Shown here piece by piece: positions 27,474-38,063 of a DNA stretch of 55,272 bases. The stretch is from Bradyrhizobium sp. (GTDB lineage: Bacteria; Pseudomonadota; Alphaproteobacteria; Rhizobiales; Xanthobacteraceae): NCBI RefSeq assembly GCF_019242285.1, contig NZ_JAFAVV010000291.1, forward strand, positions 1 through 55,272. Reading direction: 5' to 3'. The notes below the pieces were generated by a model, which saw only the letters and a program-made list of their open reading frames with translations, ran no database searches and was not told the DNA's origin. Numbering within the stretch: the first letter of the stretch is position 1; every line of letters starts with the position of its first letter. Both the position numbers and the translations under genes were made by a program.

Positions 27474-29387
27474 ATGAACATCGACGTGCCGCGCCAGGAG
27501 CTTGCCCTGTGCTCGGCCATCGCCGAAGGCGACATCCGCTGCCTGCTGATGGTGCTGGTACACATGAGCGGCGACGAGCGCTGGCTGGAGCCGCCCTACC
27601 GGCCGAAGCGCGACGTCCGCCTGATCCCCGATCCGGATGCGGGCGTGCCGCCGGACATTCAGGATGAAATCCGTCAGGCCATATTGAAGCTGTTCGCGCG
27701 CGGCAATCCGAAGCCGGTCATTGCCGATCCCGGCGAGGAATTGCTGCTGAAGATGATGCGAACCTGCCTCGGCGAGAATGTCGCGCCGGAATATGCGCCG
27801 CTGATGCGCGAGGAGATGGGATTTGTCGCGCGCGAGGCGCGCTGGAGCCGGCGCCCGTCCGACGCGACGCTGGCGAGGCAGCATGTCCTCATCGTCGGTG
27901 CCGGGGTCTGCGCCATCGCGCTCGCCGTCACACTGAGTCATCTCGGCATTCCCTACACCATCGTCGAGAAGAACGCCGAGCTCGGCGGCACCTGGTACGT
28001 CAACCGCTATCCCGGCTGCGGCGTCGACACGCCGAACCATTCCTATTCCTATTCGTTCGGATCGCGGAATCCGTGGACCCGCTTCTTCTGCCAGCGCGAG
28101 GAACTGCTCGACTACCTGAGGAAGGTGGCTGCCGAGTACGGCATCCGGGAGCACTTGCGACTGAGCACCGAGCTGACCTCGTCGCGTTGGGACGAAGGCC
28201 GGCAACGCTGGGTTTCAACTCTGAGGACGAAGGACGGCGAGGAGACCTTCGAATCCACCGCGCTGGTCAGCGCCATCGGCCAGCTCAACGACCCCTCGCG
28301 CGTCCGCTTCAAGGGCGACGAGGAGTTCGGCGGCCTGATCGTGCATCCCGCGCTGTGGTCCGAGGACATCGCGCTCGACGGCAAGCGGGTCGCCGTGATC
28401 GGCACCGGTGCGACCGCAATGCAGCTCGTGCCCGCAATCGCGGACCGCGTTGCTTCCGTCTCGGTCTTTCAGCGCACCGCACAATGGGCACGGCCCGTGA
28501 AGGGCTATTCCGATCCGATCAGCGAGCGCGCGAGGTGGCTGCTGGCTCATCTGCCGTTCTATGTGCAGTGGTATCGCTTCAACATGTTCTGGCGCTACGG
28601 CGACGGCCTGTTGCCGTTCCTGCGCAAGGACCCGGCCTGGCCCTACCCCGACCGCGCCGTCAACAAGGGCAATGACCGCCACCGGCAGGAACTGACCGAT
28701 TTCATCCTGTCGGAGCTGAACGAGCGGCCCGACCTGATCGCGAAATGCGTGCCGACCTATCCGCCCTATGGCAAGCGCATCCTGCTCGACAACAACTGGT
28801 TCAGGACGCTGAGGCGGCCGAATGTCGAACTGGTCACCGACGACATCGATCATTTCAGCGGCGATGGAATCGTCACCGCCGACGGCAGGGAACGGCCCTT
28901 CGACGTCATCGTGGTCGCGACCGGCTTCAGGGTCACCGAGATGGCGGCGCGCCTCGAGATCACCGGCCGCGGCGACGTCAACCTGCGCGACAAGTGGGCC
29001 AACGACAACCCGACCGCCTATCTCGGCCTCACCGTGCCCGAATTTCCCAACTTCTTCTGCATGCTCGGCCCCAATGCCGGCCCCGCGCATGGCGGCAGCG
29101 TGATCTTCCAGTCGGAATGCCAGAGCCGCTACATCTCGGCCTGCCTGGTCGAGATGATCGAACGCGGCCTCGGCGCGATCGACGTCCGCCAGGACGTGCT
29201 CGACGACTATGTCCGCAGGGTCGATACCGAGCACGAGGCGATGATCTGGACCCACCCCGGCATGACCACCTATTATCGCAACAAGAGCGGCCGGGTGTTC
29301 TCCGCGATGCCGTGGCGGTTCGTGGACTACTGGCGCATGACCCATGATCCGGATTTGAACCAGTACCGCCTGACCGCGACCCATTGA
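27474..29387 (+). CDS. Baeyer-Villiger monooxygenase with long N-terminal extension (4-hydroxyacetophenone monooxygenase-like)
   Basis: IVGAG, GGTWYVNRYPGCGVD, BVMO fingerprint FGGLIVHPALW (FxGxxxHxxxW), VIGTGATA, ATGF; ATG 27474 follows AGGA. Confidence 0.88.
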   Translation: MNIDVPRQELALCSAIAEGDIRCLLMVLVHMSGDERWLEPPYRPKRDVRLIPDPDAGVPPDIQDEIRQAILKLFARGNPKPVIADPGEELLLKMMRTCLGENVAPEYAPLMREEMGFVAREARWSRRPSDATLARQHVLIVGAGVCAIALAVTLSHLGIPYTIVEKNAELGGTWYVNRYPGCGVDTPNHSYSYSFGSRNPWTRFFCQREELLDYLRKVAAEYGIREHLRLSTELTSSRWDEGRQRWVSTLRTKDGEETFESTALVSAIGQLNDPSRVRFKGDEEFGGLIVHPALWSEDIALDGKRVAVIGTGATAMQLVPAIADRVASVSVFQRTAQWARPVKGYSDPISERARWLLAHLPFYVQWYRFNMFWRYGDGLLPFLRKDPAWPYPDRAVNKGNDRHRQELTDFILSELNERPDLIAKCVPTYPPYGKRILLDNNWFRTLRRPNVELVTDDIDHFSGDGIVTADGRERPFDVIVVATGFRVTEMAARLEITGRGDVNLRDKWANDNPTAYLGLTVPEFPNFFCMLGPNAGPAHGGSVIFQSECQSRYISACLVEMIERGLGAIDVRQDVLDDYVRRVDTEHEAMIWTHPGMTTYYRNKSGRVFSAMPWRFVDYWRMTHDPDLNQYRLTATH

Positions 29388-29448
29388 TACGGGGCCGTAT
29401 CAGAGCCGCGACTGCCTGCTCGGCGCCACATCCGTGAGGGGATAAGCG

Positions 29449-30093
29449 ATGGATAAGCCGCGCGTCCGTATCTATACCGACTACAAGAGCCCCTATGCCT
29501 TCGTCGCCAACCAACGGCTGTTCGATCTCCAGGAGAAGTATGGCGTCGAGCTGGAATGGCTTCCCTACACGCTGCGCATCCCGGAATTCATGGGAACCGT
29601 GGAGGAGCGTACCCCGCATTTCTGGCGCAAGGTCCGCTACCTCTACATGGATGCGCGACGGTTTGCGAACGCGCAGGGCCTGACCCTCAAGGGAACGCGG
29701 CGCGTCTACGACGCGTTCCTTGCCAGCGCCGGCATGCTGTTCGCGCAGCGCCATGGCTTCTTCCGCCCCTATCACGAGGCGGTGTTTCGGCGGTTCTGGA
29801 GTCACGACATCGAAGTCGACGACCTGCCGGCGATCTCCGATCTGATCGCCTCGCTCGGCGGCTCGGCCGCCGAATTCGAGGCCTATGCGCGCGGGCCGGC
29901 GCGGGCGGAGCACGACCGCATCATCGACGAGGCGGAAGCGCTCGGCGTGTTCGGCGTGCCCACCATGGTGTTCAACGGCGAGCTGTTCTGGGGCGGCGAC
30001 CGCATCGACATGCTGGCCGAGCGCATCCGGCATCCCGAAGGCATCGTGGCCGCGCTCGGCAGCCGCTACCGAAAGGACGCCGCGGCATCGTAG
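29449..30093 (+). CDS. DsbA-like / 2-hydroxychromene-2-carboxylate isomerase (kappa-GST) family protein
   Basis: YTDYKSPYA, GVFGVPTM..GELFWG.DR. Confidence 0.85.
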   Translation: MDKPRVRIYTDYKSPYAFVANQRLFDLQEKYGVELEWLPYTLRIPEFMGTVEERTPHFWRKVRYLYMDARRFANAQGLTLKGTRRVYDAFLASAGMLFAQRHGFFRPYHEAVFRRFWSHDIEVDDLPAISDLIASLGGSAAEFEAYARGPARAEHDRIIDEAEALGVFGVPTMVFNGELFWGGDRIDMLAERIRHPEGIVAALGSRYRKDAAAS

Positions 30094-30135
30094 GCGCGCC
30101 CCACGGCAGGCGCGCCGAAAGACCGCGGCCAAACG

Positions 30136-33100
30136 TCAGACCGACGCGACCTCCTCGGTCTCCGCCACGCCCGCGATGCCGGGCGCATCCGCGCCGCGGA
30201 GCGCCCAGCGATTGATCGCAGCGAACAGGAGCGGCGGCTGGATCGGCTTGGTGACGTAGTCGTTCATCCCGGCAGCAAGATAGGTTTCGCGCTGGCCAAC
30301 CAGCGCGTTCGCGGTCAAGGCGACGATCGGCACGTCGCGCGCGACGCCAGGAAGATTCCGGATCGCCTTGGTGGCGGAGATGCCGTCCATCTCGGGCATC
30401 TGCACATCCATCAGCACGACGTCGTAGAGCGCCTTCGAGGCGGCCGCGACCGCTTCCGCGCCGTTGACGACCATCGTCGGCCGGTGCCCCTGCTTGCGCA
30501 GCAGGCTGGAGATCAGGGTTGCGATGATGGGGCTGTCCTCGGCCACCAATATCTCGAGCGGCCGGTCGACGACCGCCACCTGCTGAGGCGCCGCGGCGAC
30601 CGGCTGCCGGCCCTGGCCGCATTTGACCGTGAACCAGAACGTCGAGCCCTCGCCCGGCGTGCTGTCGACGCCGATACGTCCGCCCATCATGGTGCAGAGC
30701 TGCTTGCAGATCGCAAGCCCAAGTCCGCTGCCGCCGTATTTCCGCGAGATCGACGTATCGGCCTGGACGAAGGGGTCGAACACGTTCTTCTGAACTTCGG
30801 GCGACATGCCGATGCCCGTATCCCTCACGCCGATCGAAAGCTCGATCGAACCATCGGGCAATAGGCGCTGTGAGGCGCCGATCTCGATCGATCCCCGCTC
30901 GGTGAACTTGATCGCATTGTTCACGAGGTTGAGGAGGATCTGGCGGATCCTGGTGGGATCGCCCTTGAGATATTGTCGGAGATCCGGCGCCAACGCCGTG
31001 CGCAATTCCAGTTTCCGCTCGCTCGCCTTGGCAGTCATGACCGTTGCCAGGCCTTCGATGAGATGCCTGAGGTCGAAGTCGATCGCTTCGGGCGTCAGGC
31101 GGCCGGCCTCGAGCTTCGAGAAGTCGAGGATGTCGTTGATGACGCCGAGCAGGAGGTCGGCGGATTCCTTGGCCAAGGTCGTGTAGCGCTGCTGCTCGTC
31201 GCTGAGCGGCGTGCCACGCAGGAGGTCCACCATTCCCACCATGCCACCGAGCGGTGTGCGGATCTCGTGGCTCATGATGGCGAGGAAGTCGGACTTGGCG
31301 CGATTGGCGGCCTCGGCGGCATCGCGCGCGCTGCGCAGATCGGCGGACGTCGCCACGAGCTCCTGCGTCTGCAGCTCGAGATCATTGCGGATCGCCTGCA
31401 CGTCGGCCAGCTTCTGCTCGAGCTCGGCCTGGATCCGCTTGAAGGCGGTGATGTCGGTGCGCAGCCCGACCGTTCCGCCGTCGGACGTGCGATGGTCGAT
31501 GATCTGTATCCATCGTCCGTCGAGCTGCGGGATTTCAAGCGGCTTGCTGCCGGCATAGTGCCAAGCCATTCTTTCCTTCAGCCAATCCTCGAAGTCCATA
31601 CCCTTCAGATTCAATATGCCCTGATCATTGGCGATCCGGTGGATCTGCTCATAGCTCATGCCGGGCTTCATCACCCGCGCAAGGCCCGGGAACATTTCCC
31701 TGTAATGCGTATTGGCCATGACGAAGCGGTCTTCTCTGTCGTAGAGGACGAAGCCCTCTGCCAGGGATTCGATCGCATCCATGAGGCGGAGCCTCGATCT
31801 TTCGATCTCCTGCTCGGCCGCCTTGCGTTCGCTGATGTCCTGAACGATGCCGAACCGGCCGGCGAAGCGACCCTCGGCATCCCACTGCGGAGCAGCCTCC
31901 ATTCTCACCCATACGACGGATCCGTCGGGACGAATCAGACGATGTTCGACCGCCAGAGCGGTCCCCTCGTCGCTGGCGCGTCGGCGCTCCGCGAGACAGT
32001 TATCGACATCGTCGGGATGGACGAGGTTGATATAGGTCGAGAAAGGCACGTTCGGTTGTGGCGGGATGCCCACCATCTCGAACAATTGCGGCGACCACAC
32101 CGCGGTGTCACCGGCTGCATTGCTCATCCAGTGTCCGACCTTGCCGATCCGCTGCGCTTCGAGCAGGAGTTTCCTGCTGCGTGCCAATTGCTCGTTCTGT
32201 CGCGAGAGCAGGATCTGCGACCCCTTGATATTGCGGATCTGCCGCAACAGGAGCGCCAGCAGGGCCATGATGGTCGCGACCGCCAGCGCTGCGCCCAACG
32301 CCAGGACGATGGCATCGCGTCGCCACGTTCCCAGCACGGCTTCCCGCGTCATCGCGATCGAAACCCGCAAAGGGAAGCCCGGGACGGCATGAAACGAGAC
32401 GTATCTGGTGACGCCATCGGGGCCCTCGACGAACGCCTCGCCGGAGCCGCCTCGCCTCGCGCCGAGCACACGCCCGATCATGCTCTCTGCGTGCGGATAG
32501 CGCGCGAGCACCATTCCTTCCTCGCGCATCAGGGCAATCGAACCGCCCTCGGGAAGCGCGACCGAGCGATAGAAACTCTCGAAATAGGCCAGCCGAACCG
32601 CAGCCTGGATGACGCCGAGGAATTTGCCGCGGGAATCGTTCACGCGGCGCGCCAGGTAGATCGTCCAGGCCCCATCGGCCGTGTTACGGACGGGCTCGCT
32701 GACGAACAGCGTGGCCGTGTCGTTGTCACGATGGTAACGGAACTGCTCGCGATGGGCCAACGACGTAGCCGGAGGCGGCCAGGAGTTTGCCTGGTTGGCG
32801 AGCTTCCCCTCCGCGTCGATGAAGATGATGTTGCCCACCTGGGGAAGAATCGCCATCTTCTCCCTCAGATATTCGTGCATCGGACGGCTTGCGATCATCG
32901 CCTCCGCCGACGCGCGCTCCAATCGTTCGCCCGCGAGGTGATCGATTGCGTTCCTGAGCACCAGGTCGATCGCCTGGAAAGAGCGGGACGTCTCCTCGGC
33001 CAGCACCATCGACAACTGTGCCAGATTGGCCTTTGCGCCCTTCTCGACGCGCTCGTGAAGATTGACAATCGACAGACCGGCGGCGACCACCAGCATCAGC

Positions 33101-33210
33101 GTCAATATCGCTGCGGCCTGCATGGCGACAAGGGGAAGACCGCTCTCGCGCGACGCCCGCACGGGCCGCCCCTCCGCCTCGTTGAGAACCTCCTGGAGTC
33201 GATGAGGCAT
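30136..33210 (-). CDS. Hybrid sensor histidine kinase (TM-Cache-TM-PAS-PAS-HisKA-HATPase-REC)
   Basis: Two TMs around a Cache-like region, two PAS domains, [10 protein letters not shown]-box, NAIKFT, DTGIG, GGSGLGL, receiver [14 protein letters not shown]. Confidence 0.92.
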   Translation of the reverse strand: MPHRLQEVLNEAEGRPVRASRESGLPLVAMQAAAILTLMLVVAAGLSIVNLHERVEKGAKANLAQLSMVLAEETSRSFQAIDLVLRNAIDHLAGERLERASAEAMIASRPMHEYLREKMAILPQVGNIIFIDAEGKLANQANSWPPPATSLAHREQFRYHRDNDTATLFVSEPVRNTADGAWTIYLARRVNDSRGKFLGVIQAAVRLAYFESFYRSVALPEGGSIALMREEGMVLARYPHAESMIGRVLGARRGGSGEAFVEGPDGVTRYVSFHAVPGFPLRVSIAMTREAVLGTWRRDAIVLALGAALAVATIMALLALLLRQIRNIKGSQILLSRQNEQLARSRKLLLEAQRIGKVGHWMSNAAGDTAVWSPQLFEMVGIPPQPNVPFSTYINLVHPDDVDNCLAERRRASDEGTALAVEHRLIRPDGSVVWVRMEAAPQWDAEGRFAGRFGIVQDISERKAAEQEIERSRLRLMDAIESLAEGFVLYDREDRFVMANTHYREMFPGLARVMKPGMSYEQIHRIANDQGILNLKGMDFEDWLKERMAWHYAGSKPLEIPQLDGRWIQIIDHRTSDGGTVGLRTDITAFKRIQAELEQKLADVQAIRNDLELQTQELVATSADLRSARDAAEAANRAKSDFLAIMSHEIRTPLGGMVGMVDLLRGTPLSDEQQRYTTLAKESADLLLGVINDILDFSKLEAGRLTPEAIDFDLRHLIEGLATVMTAKASERKLELRTALAPDLRQYLKGDPTRIRQILLNLVNNAIKFTERGSIEIGASQRLLPDGSIELSIGVRDTGIGMSPEVQKNVFDPFVQADTSISRKYGGSGLGLAICKQLCTMMGGRIGVDSTPGEGSTFWFTVKCGQGRQPVAAAPQQVAVVDRPLEILVAEDSPIIATLISSLLRKQGHRPTMVVNGAEAVAAASKALYDVVLMDVQMPEMDGISATKAIRNLPGVARDVPIVALTANALVGQRETYLAAGMNDYVTKPIQPPLLFAAINRWALRGADAPGIAGVAETEEVASV

Positions 33211-33220
33211 GGCTCTGTGC

Positions 33221-33595
33221 TCAGCCCTGGGCGCCTGGCGCGCGGCGGGCGAGCTCGGCGATCGTCGCCTCGACCGTCGCCGCCAATGCCGGCATGCGCG
33301 CCGCGATCGCCGCGACCGAATCGAGATCGAGCTCGATCGAGCGCGCCATCGAGGCGAGCCGGGCCGCTCCGAGGCTGCTGGAAAACCCCTTCAGGACGTG
33401 CGCGGCCTTGCGCGTCTCGTCGAGATTCCCGGCATCGAGCGCCGCCTGGATCGCGCCGAGCGACCGGCCGGCGGCCTCGGGGAGTTCGAGCAGCATCACC
33501 GACAGTCCTTCCTCGCCGAGCGCGTCGCGCAACAGGTCGAGCTGATCGCTCGCAAACAGGGGTTCGGTTTCAACGGTTTCCAGCATGTTCAACAC
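33221..33595 (-). CDS. Stand-alone Hpt phosphotransfer protein
   Basis: AAHVLKGFSSSLGA Hpt motif in a helical protein of about 120 aa. Confidence 0.85.
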   Translation of the reverse strand: MLNMLETVETEPLFASDQLDLLRDALGEEGLSVMLLELPEAAGRSLGAIQAALDAGNLDETRKAAHVLKGFSSSLGAARLASMARSIELDLDSVAAIAARMPALAATVEATIAELARRAPGAQG

Positions 33596-34893
33596 TCTTG
33601 ATCGGCGCCAACCATCGACGACCTGGCCGGAGGCTGCCCCGGCGAACGGTCCTGATACGACTCCGCTCTCGTGAGGACTCGGCGGTCGATGCAGATGACA
33701 GTGGTGTCGTCCTGCAAGGCCACGTTCTCGGTGATGCCAGCTTCGGCGCAGAGGCAGTCGATCACCACATGCGGATCAAGCCCGAGATTGCAGCTGCTCA
33801 AGGCCTTGGCCAGACCGGAATCGCCGATGCGATTGCCGGAATCGTCGACGAATTCGGACAAGCCATCGCTGTACAAGAACAGCAGCGAATCCTTCGGAAA
33901 CGCATGCTGCTGCAGGTAGTAGCGCGAACCCCGCTCAATCCCGAGCGGAACCCCGCTCGCCTCACAGAGCAGCGCACGCCCGCCACTACCCGGAACCAGA
34001 AGGAAGGGCGGCGCGCCGGCCGATGCAAAGCGAAGCTCGCCGTCCGCATGATCGATGACGACGTACATGAAAGTCGCAAATTGACCGGGGGGCAGCAGTC
34101 GTACCAGACGCTCGTTGAGTACCGAGGTCAATTCGGCGGGATCGTCGTGCAGCGACCGATATTCGTGAATCAGCGCATGGAGCCTGAAGGTATTGAGTGC
34201 CGCATTCACGCCATGACCGGCGAAGTCGGCCAGGAAGATGCCGAGCGATCCGGCGTCGATCGGCAGCATCCCCCAGAGGTCGCCACCGAGCTCCGATGAC
34301 GATCGATTGTAGGACGCGATCCGCAGTCCCGCGCTCTCGGCAAACAGCTGCAGCGCGCCGGGCGGCGGCAACAATTCGAATTGCATGCGCCTTGCCGCTT
34401 CGAGCTCGCGGGATATCCGTTCCCGATAGGCGCGCAACTCCCGCAGCGAATTCCATCGCTCGAGGTGGATGACGACGCGCGCGATCAACTCCGACGGGTT
34501 GATCGGCTTGGAGAGGAAATCAGAGGCGCCGCCCGAGAACAGCTCGCCCATCTTCTTGCGATCGACGGTCGCGGTCTGCATCAGGATGGGCATATCGGCC
34601 AGCTCGGAATCCGCACGAACCTTCCGGCAGACTTCCAGCCCGCTCATGTCGGGCATCTGCATGTCGAGGAGCAGGAGATCGGGACGAAATTCCTTGAGCT
34701 GCTCCATCGCCGATACACCGCCCTCGGCAAGCCGCAGGTTCCTGAAATTCTCTGCACGCAGAATTCCTGCAAGCAGGCGCCGGCTGAGCGGATCATCGTC
34801 TGCGATCAGGATCCTGGCGTTCTCGATCGAGTCGTGACGCGGCTTCCCGACCACGGCTTCCCTGGGCTCGTTGCTCGCGGCTACGGCTGTCAT
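33589..34893 (-). CDS. Response regulator with PP2C/SpoIIE phosphatase domain (RsbU/RsbY-like)
   Basis: REC domain (IADDD, LLLDMQMP, SKP), ELEAARRMQ linker, GGDLW, ADFAGHG, YSDGL.E, QDDTT. Confidence 0.9.
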   Translation of the reverse strand: MTAVAASNEPREAVVGKPRHDSIENARILIADDDPLSRRLLAGILRAENFRNLRLAEGGVSAMEQLKEFRPDLLLLDMQMPDMSGLEVCRKVRADSELADMPILMQTATVDRKKMGELFSGGASDFLSKPINPSELIARVVIHLERWNSLRELRAYRERISRELEAARRMQFELLPPPGALQLFAESAGLRIASYNRSSSELGGDLWGMLPIDAGSLGIFLADFAGHGVNAALNTFRLHALIHEYRSLHDDPAELTSVLNERLVRLLPPGQFATFMYVVIDHADGELRFASAGAPPFLLVPGSGGRALLCEASGVPLGIERGSRYYLQQHAFPKDSLLFLYSDGLSEFVDDSGNRIGDSGLAKALSSCNLGLDPHVVIDCLCAEAGITENVALQDDTTVICIDRRVLTRAESYQDRSPGQPPARSSMVGADQEC

Positions 34894-35543
34894 CGTCGAA
34901 ACTCCAGGCTGACCGTGGTCCCCCCGTTCGACACCGTCACCTTGTCGGAGAACGCCTCAAGGATATCGAGCCCTCTTCCGCTGGCATGGTCGCCCGGCTG
35001 ACGGGATTTCCGATTCGACGGTACCGCCGCGTCATAGCCCTTTCCGGAGTCCTGGACCACGACGTTGAGGGTCGTCGCATTCCAGATCGCGACGACCCGA
35101 ATCTTTGCACGTGCGACCTCGGGCGAGGTCAATTTGGCTTCGATCGCCTCCTGTGCCGCGAGCAGCCCTTCGAGACTGTCCCGCAGGTTGGGATCGATTC
35201 TGAGATTGCCGTGGAAAACGGCATTCATCAACGCTTCCTGCGCCGAGCTGTAGATCCGGTCCCGCAGATCTTCGGAGAACGCCGTCCGTCTCTCTATCGC
35301 GGCAATGAACGCCTTGACGATCGAGTGCCGATAGGCCGAGCGCGTGGTCACGATCAGCGTGAGCTGGCCCGGCGCGCGCTGCTCGATGATCACGTCACCG
35401 CAATCGCACTCCTCGATCAGATCGGCTTCGACACAGGTCGTGGCAGGCGGCGACAACGCCTCCTTCAGCGTCTCTACCGACTGGCCATCCCAGCAACTGA
35501 GGCCGGGCGGTGGCTTGACCCGCCGCGCCTGGTCGACTTGCAT
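34890..35543 (-). CDS. Anti-sigma factor Ser/Thr kinase (RsbW/HATPase_c_2-like)
   Basis: EALMNAVFHGN, VQDSGKGYD, SGRGL; ATGA-coupled to the phosphatase gene. Confidence 0.85.
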   Translation of the reverse strand: MQVDQARRVKPPPGLSCWDGQSVETLKEALSPPATTCVEADLIEECDCGDVIIEQRAPGQLTLIVTTRSAYRHSIVKAFIAAIERRTAFSEDLRDRIYSSAQEALMNAVFHGNLRIDPNLRDSLEGLLAAQEAIEAKLTSPEVARAKIRVVAIWNATTLNVVVQDSGKGYDAAVPSNRKSRQPGDHASGRGLDILEAFSDKVTVSNGGTTVSLEFRR

Positions 35544-35549
35544 CTGCCG

Positions 35550-35855
35550 TCACTCCTCGACGGTGAACAGCGTATTGAACTTGGTGACGCAGAACATGCG
35601 CTTCACCTGGCCGCCCGGTCGCTTCAGGATCAACTGCCGGTCGTTCTTCCTGGCTTCGTCCCTGGCCAGCAGCAGCATGCCGAGGCCGGCCGAATCGATG
35701 AATTCGAGCTTCGACAGGTCGATGGTGATCGTCGACCCCTTCGCCTCGAAGAGCTCGATGATCATCTGCTTGAACTGACTGTGATCGTTGAAGGTGAACT
35801 CACCGGCCACCGCAATACGCCCCGCGTCACGATCGACTGTTATCTGCATCGTCAT
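35550..35855 (-). CDS. STAS anti-anti-sigma factor (RsbV/SpoIIAA/HsbA-like)
   Basis: IDLSKLEFIDSAGLGMLL with the phosphorylatable Ser; 101 aa; GGAGGG RBS. Confidence 0.9.
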   Translation of the reverse strand: MTMQITVDRDAGRIAVAGEFTFNDHSQFKQMIIELFEAKGSTITIDLSKLEFIDSAGLGMLLLARDEARKNDRQLILKRPGGQVKRMFCVTKFNTLFTVEE

Positions 35856-35860
35856 CCCTC

Positions 35861-36991
35861 CTAGAACAACTCCACCGACCCGCTTGCCGATGGTTCAACG
35901 CGGATAGCCGCCTCGTCATCGAGATCGGCCGCCTGCTTTCCTTCGAGGATCTGCGCCACGAATCGCGAGCGCAGCTCGCCCAGCGTGAAGCGGTCGAGCA
36001 GCCTCGTCACCCATTCGACGTCGAACGACGACTCGCCGGACGCTTCCGGCAGCCGCCCCTCGGTCGCGCTCTTCAGCTCGTCGAGCGCCTGGTCGACCAC
36101 GTGCAGGGTGTCGACGACATGCTCGAGCCGCTGCCGGGCGCGGTCCTGAAATTGAATGCCGGTGACCATGCCCTCGACGTCGGCCGCAATCACCTCGGCT
36201 TCCTTGACCGCGTCCGCAACCACGCTCGTCAGCATTTCGGTTCTGCGGATCAGGGCGGACATCAGGACCTCGAGGCGGTCCTTCGCCATGAGATTCTGCG
36301 ACATGTCGATCGTGGCGACACGCTGCAGCGTCGTGTGCCCGCTGGCGATCCCCTCGGTGACCGCCTTCAGTTCGCCATTCATCGAGATCGACAGGTCGTG
36401 CGTGGCGCGCGACAGGTCGCGCACCTCGTTCGCCACGACGCGAAACGCCGCTCCAGCCGTACCGGACCGCTCCGCCTCGATACGGGCATTGAGCGCGAGC
36501 ATGTTCGTGGTGCGGTTGATGCCGTTCAGCTCCGCCATACAGTTGTGGACGCGCCCGACATTGGCATTCAGCTCGTTCAGCGCGTAGACCATCGACATCG
36601 AATCCTTGGACAAGTGCAGGATCTTCTCGACGACGTCGCTGAGAGTATCCTCCAGGAGCCCGGCGATCCTGTCGATCGGAACCACCTCTTCGTCGATCTG
36701 AATGCCGATGGCGAGCTTGCTGAGACTTTCGACGCGTGCGGTCTGCTGCTCGGCGCAGACGGCCAGCCGCTGGAAGCGGCCGCTGAGCGCCTCCGCTTCC
36801 GTCTCCACGACGGCGGAAGTCTGCTGGATCTCAGATACCAGCGTCCTGATGACGCGCTGCTGCATGCGCGCGAGCGACATCCACTTCTGCAGCAGCTCGA
36901 CGTCAAGCGAGCGATCGGGCTGCAGCGGCTGCGGCGCCTCCGGATCGTGCGCTATCGGCGGCGCGACGCGCCGGCGTTTCCAGGGCAACAT
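35861..36991 (-). CDS. Soluble methyl-accepting chemotaxis protein without a recognisable sensor domain (McpA/CttP-like)
   Basis: TNMLALNARIEAERSG.AG..FRVVA.EVR hairpin, IQFQDR..Q, no TM, C-terminus GSVELF; start ATG 36991. Confidence 0.85.
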   Translation of the reverse strand: MLPWKRRRVAPPIAHDPEAPQPLQPDRSLDVELLQKWMSLARMQQRVIRTLVSEIQQTSAVVETEAEALSGRFQRLAVCAEQQTARVESLSKLAIGIQIDEEVVPIDRIAGLLEDTLSDVVEKILHLSKDSMSMVYALNELNANVGRVHNCMAELNGINRTTNMLALNARIEAERSGTAGAAFRVVANEVRDLSRATHDLSISMNGELKAVTEGIASGHTTLQRVATIDMSQNLMAKDRLEVLMSALIRRTEMLTSVVADAVKEAEVIAADVEGMVTGIQFQDRARQRLEHVVDTLHVVDQALDELKSATEGRLPEASGESSFDVEWVTRLLDRFTLGELRSRFVAQILEGKQAADLDDEAAIRVEPSASGSVELF

Positions 36992-36993
36992 GA

Positions 36994-38055
36994 CTACACC
37001 CTGACTCCCCGTCCCGCGAGCGCCTGGCACTGCTCGAGAACGTGGGCGGCTATCTTGGCGAGCGGCAGCTCGACCTCGGTCGCGCCGCAGTCGTGCGCCG
37101 CCCTGGGCATGCCGTAGACGACGCAGGTCGCTTCGTCCTGGCCCACGGTCGACGCCCCCGCCGAGCGCATTTCCAAGAGCCCCATGGCACCGTCGCGGCC
37201 CATCCCGGTCAGGATGATGCCGACCGCGTTGGAGCCAGCCGCATGCGCCACCGAACGGAACAGCACGTCGACGGACGGACGATGGCCGGACACCGCCGGT
37301 TCGTCGTGGACGCGACAAACATAGTTCGCCCCGTTGCGCGCAAGCTCGAGATGATATCCTCCCGGCGCGATGTAGACGTGGCCCGGCAAGATGCGCTCGC
37401 CGTTCTTGGCTTGGCTGACAGAGACCGCGCAATGGTCATTCAGCCGATGGGCAAACGATGCCGTGAACAACGCCGGCATGTGCTGCGTCACGACGATCGC
37501 GGGCGAGTCGGCCGGAAAAGTCGATAGCAATTCCTGCAATGCCTCGACGCCGCCGGTAGAGGCGCCCACGGCAATGATCTTTTCCGACGACAGGAAGGAC
37601 GTGCCGTTGGCCAGTGCGACGGGCCTCGGCCTCGCGCCCGACGACGTCCGTATCCTGGCTTTCGCCGCCGCCTTGACCTTGTCGATGATCTCCTCGCGCA
37701 GCGCCGGCAGTCCCGCGACGAGCCCGACCGTCGGCTTGGCGACGAAATCGACCGCACCTATCTCCAGCGCCCGCACGGCTGTCTCTGCGCCCTTCTGGGT
37801 CAGCGACGAGATCATCACCACGGGCATCGGCCGCAGCGCCATGATCTTTTCCAGGAAGACCAGGCCGTCCATCTGCGGCATCTCGATATCGAGCGTCAGG
37901 ACGTCGGGATTGAGCGACTTGATCATGTCGCGCGCGACGATCGGGTTCGGCGCTGCGCCGACGACCGTGATCGCCGCGTCGGAAGAGAGGAGCTCGGTGA
38001 GCATCTGGCGGACGAAGGCGGAGTCGTCGACGACCAGAACGCGGATGGCACCCAT
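36994..38055 (-). CDS. cheB: Chemotaxis methylesterase response regulator CheB
   Basis: REC domain plus GASTGG, QHMP, HRPSVD, LTGMGRDG. Confidence 0.95.
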   Translation of the reverse strand: MGAIRVLVVDDSAFVRQMLTELLSSDAAITVVGAAPNPIVARDMIKSLNPDVLTLDIEMPQMDGLVFLEKIMALRPMPVVMISSLTQKGAETAVRALEIGAVDFVAKPTVGLVAGLPALREEIIDKVKAAAKARIRTSSGARPRPVALANGTSFLSSEKIIAVGASTGGVEALQELLSTFPADSPAIVVTQHMPALFTASFAHRLNDHCAVSVSQAKNGERILPGHVYIAPGGYHLELARNGANYVCRVHDEPAVSGHRPSVDVLFRSVAHAAGSNAVGIILTGMGRDGAMGLLEMRSAGASTVGQDEATCVVYGMPRAAHDCGATEVELPLAKIAAHVLEQCQALAGRGVRV

Positions 38056-38063
38056 GGCAAGCC

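Noticed and set aside
30973-34299. 1108-aa plus-strand ORF, the longest in the track
   Set aside because: Antisense to three well-supported genes (hybrid kinase, Hpt, PP2C); low-complexity translation without motifs.
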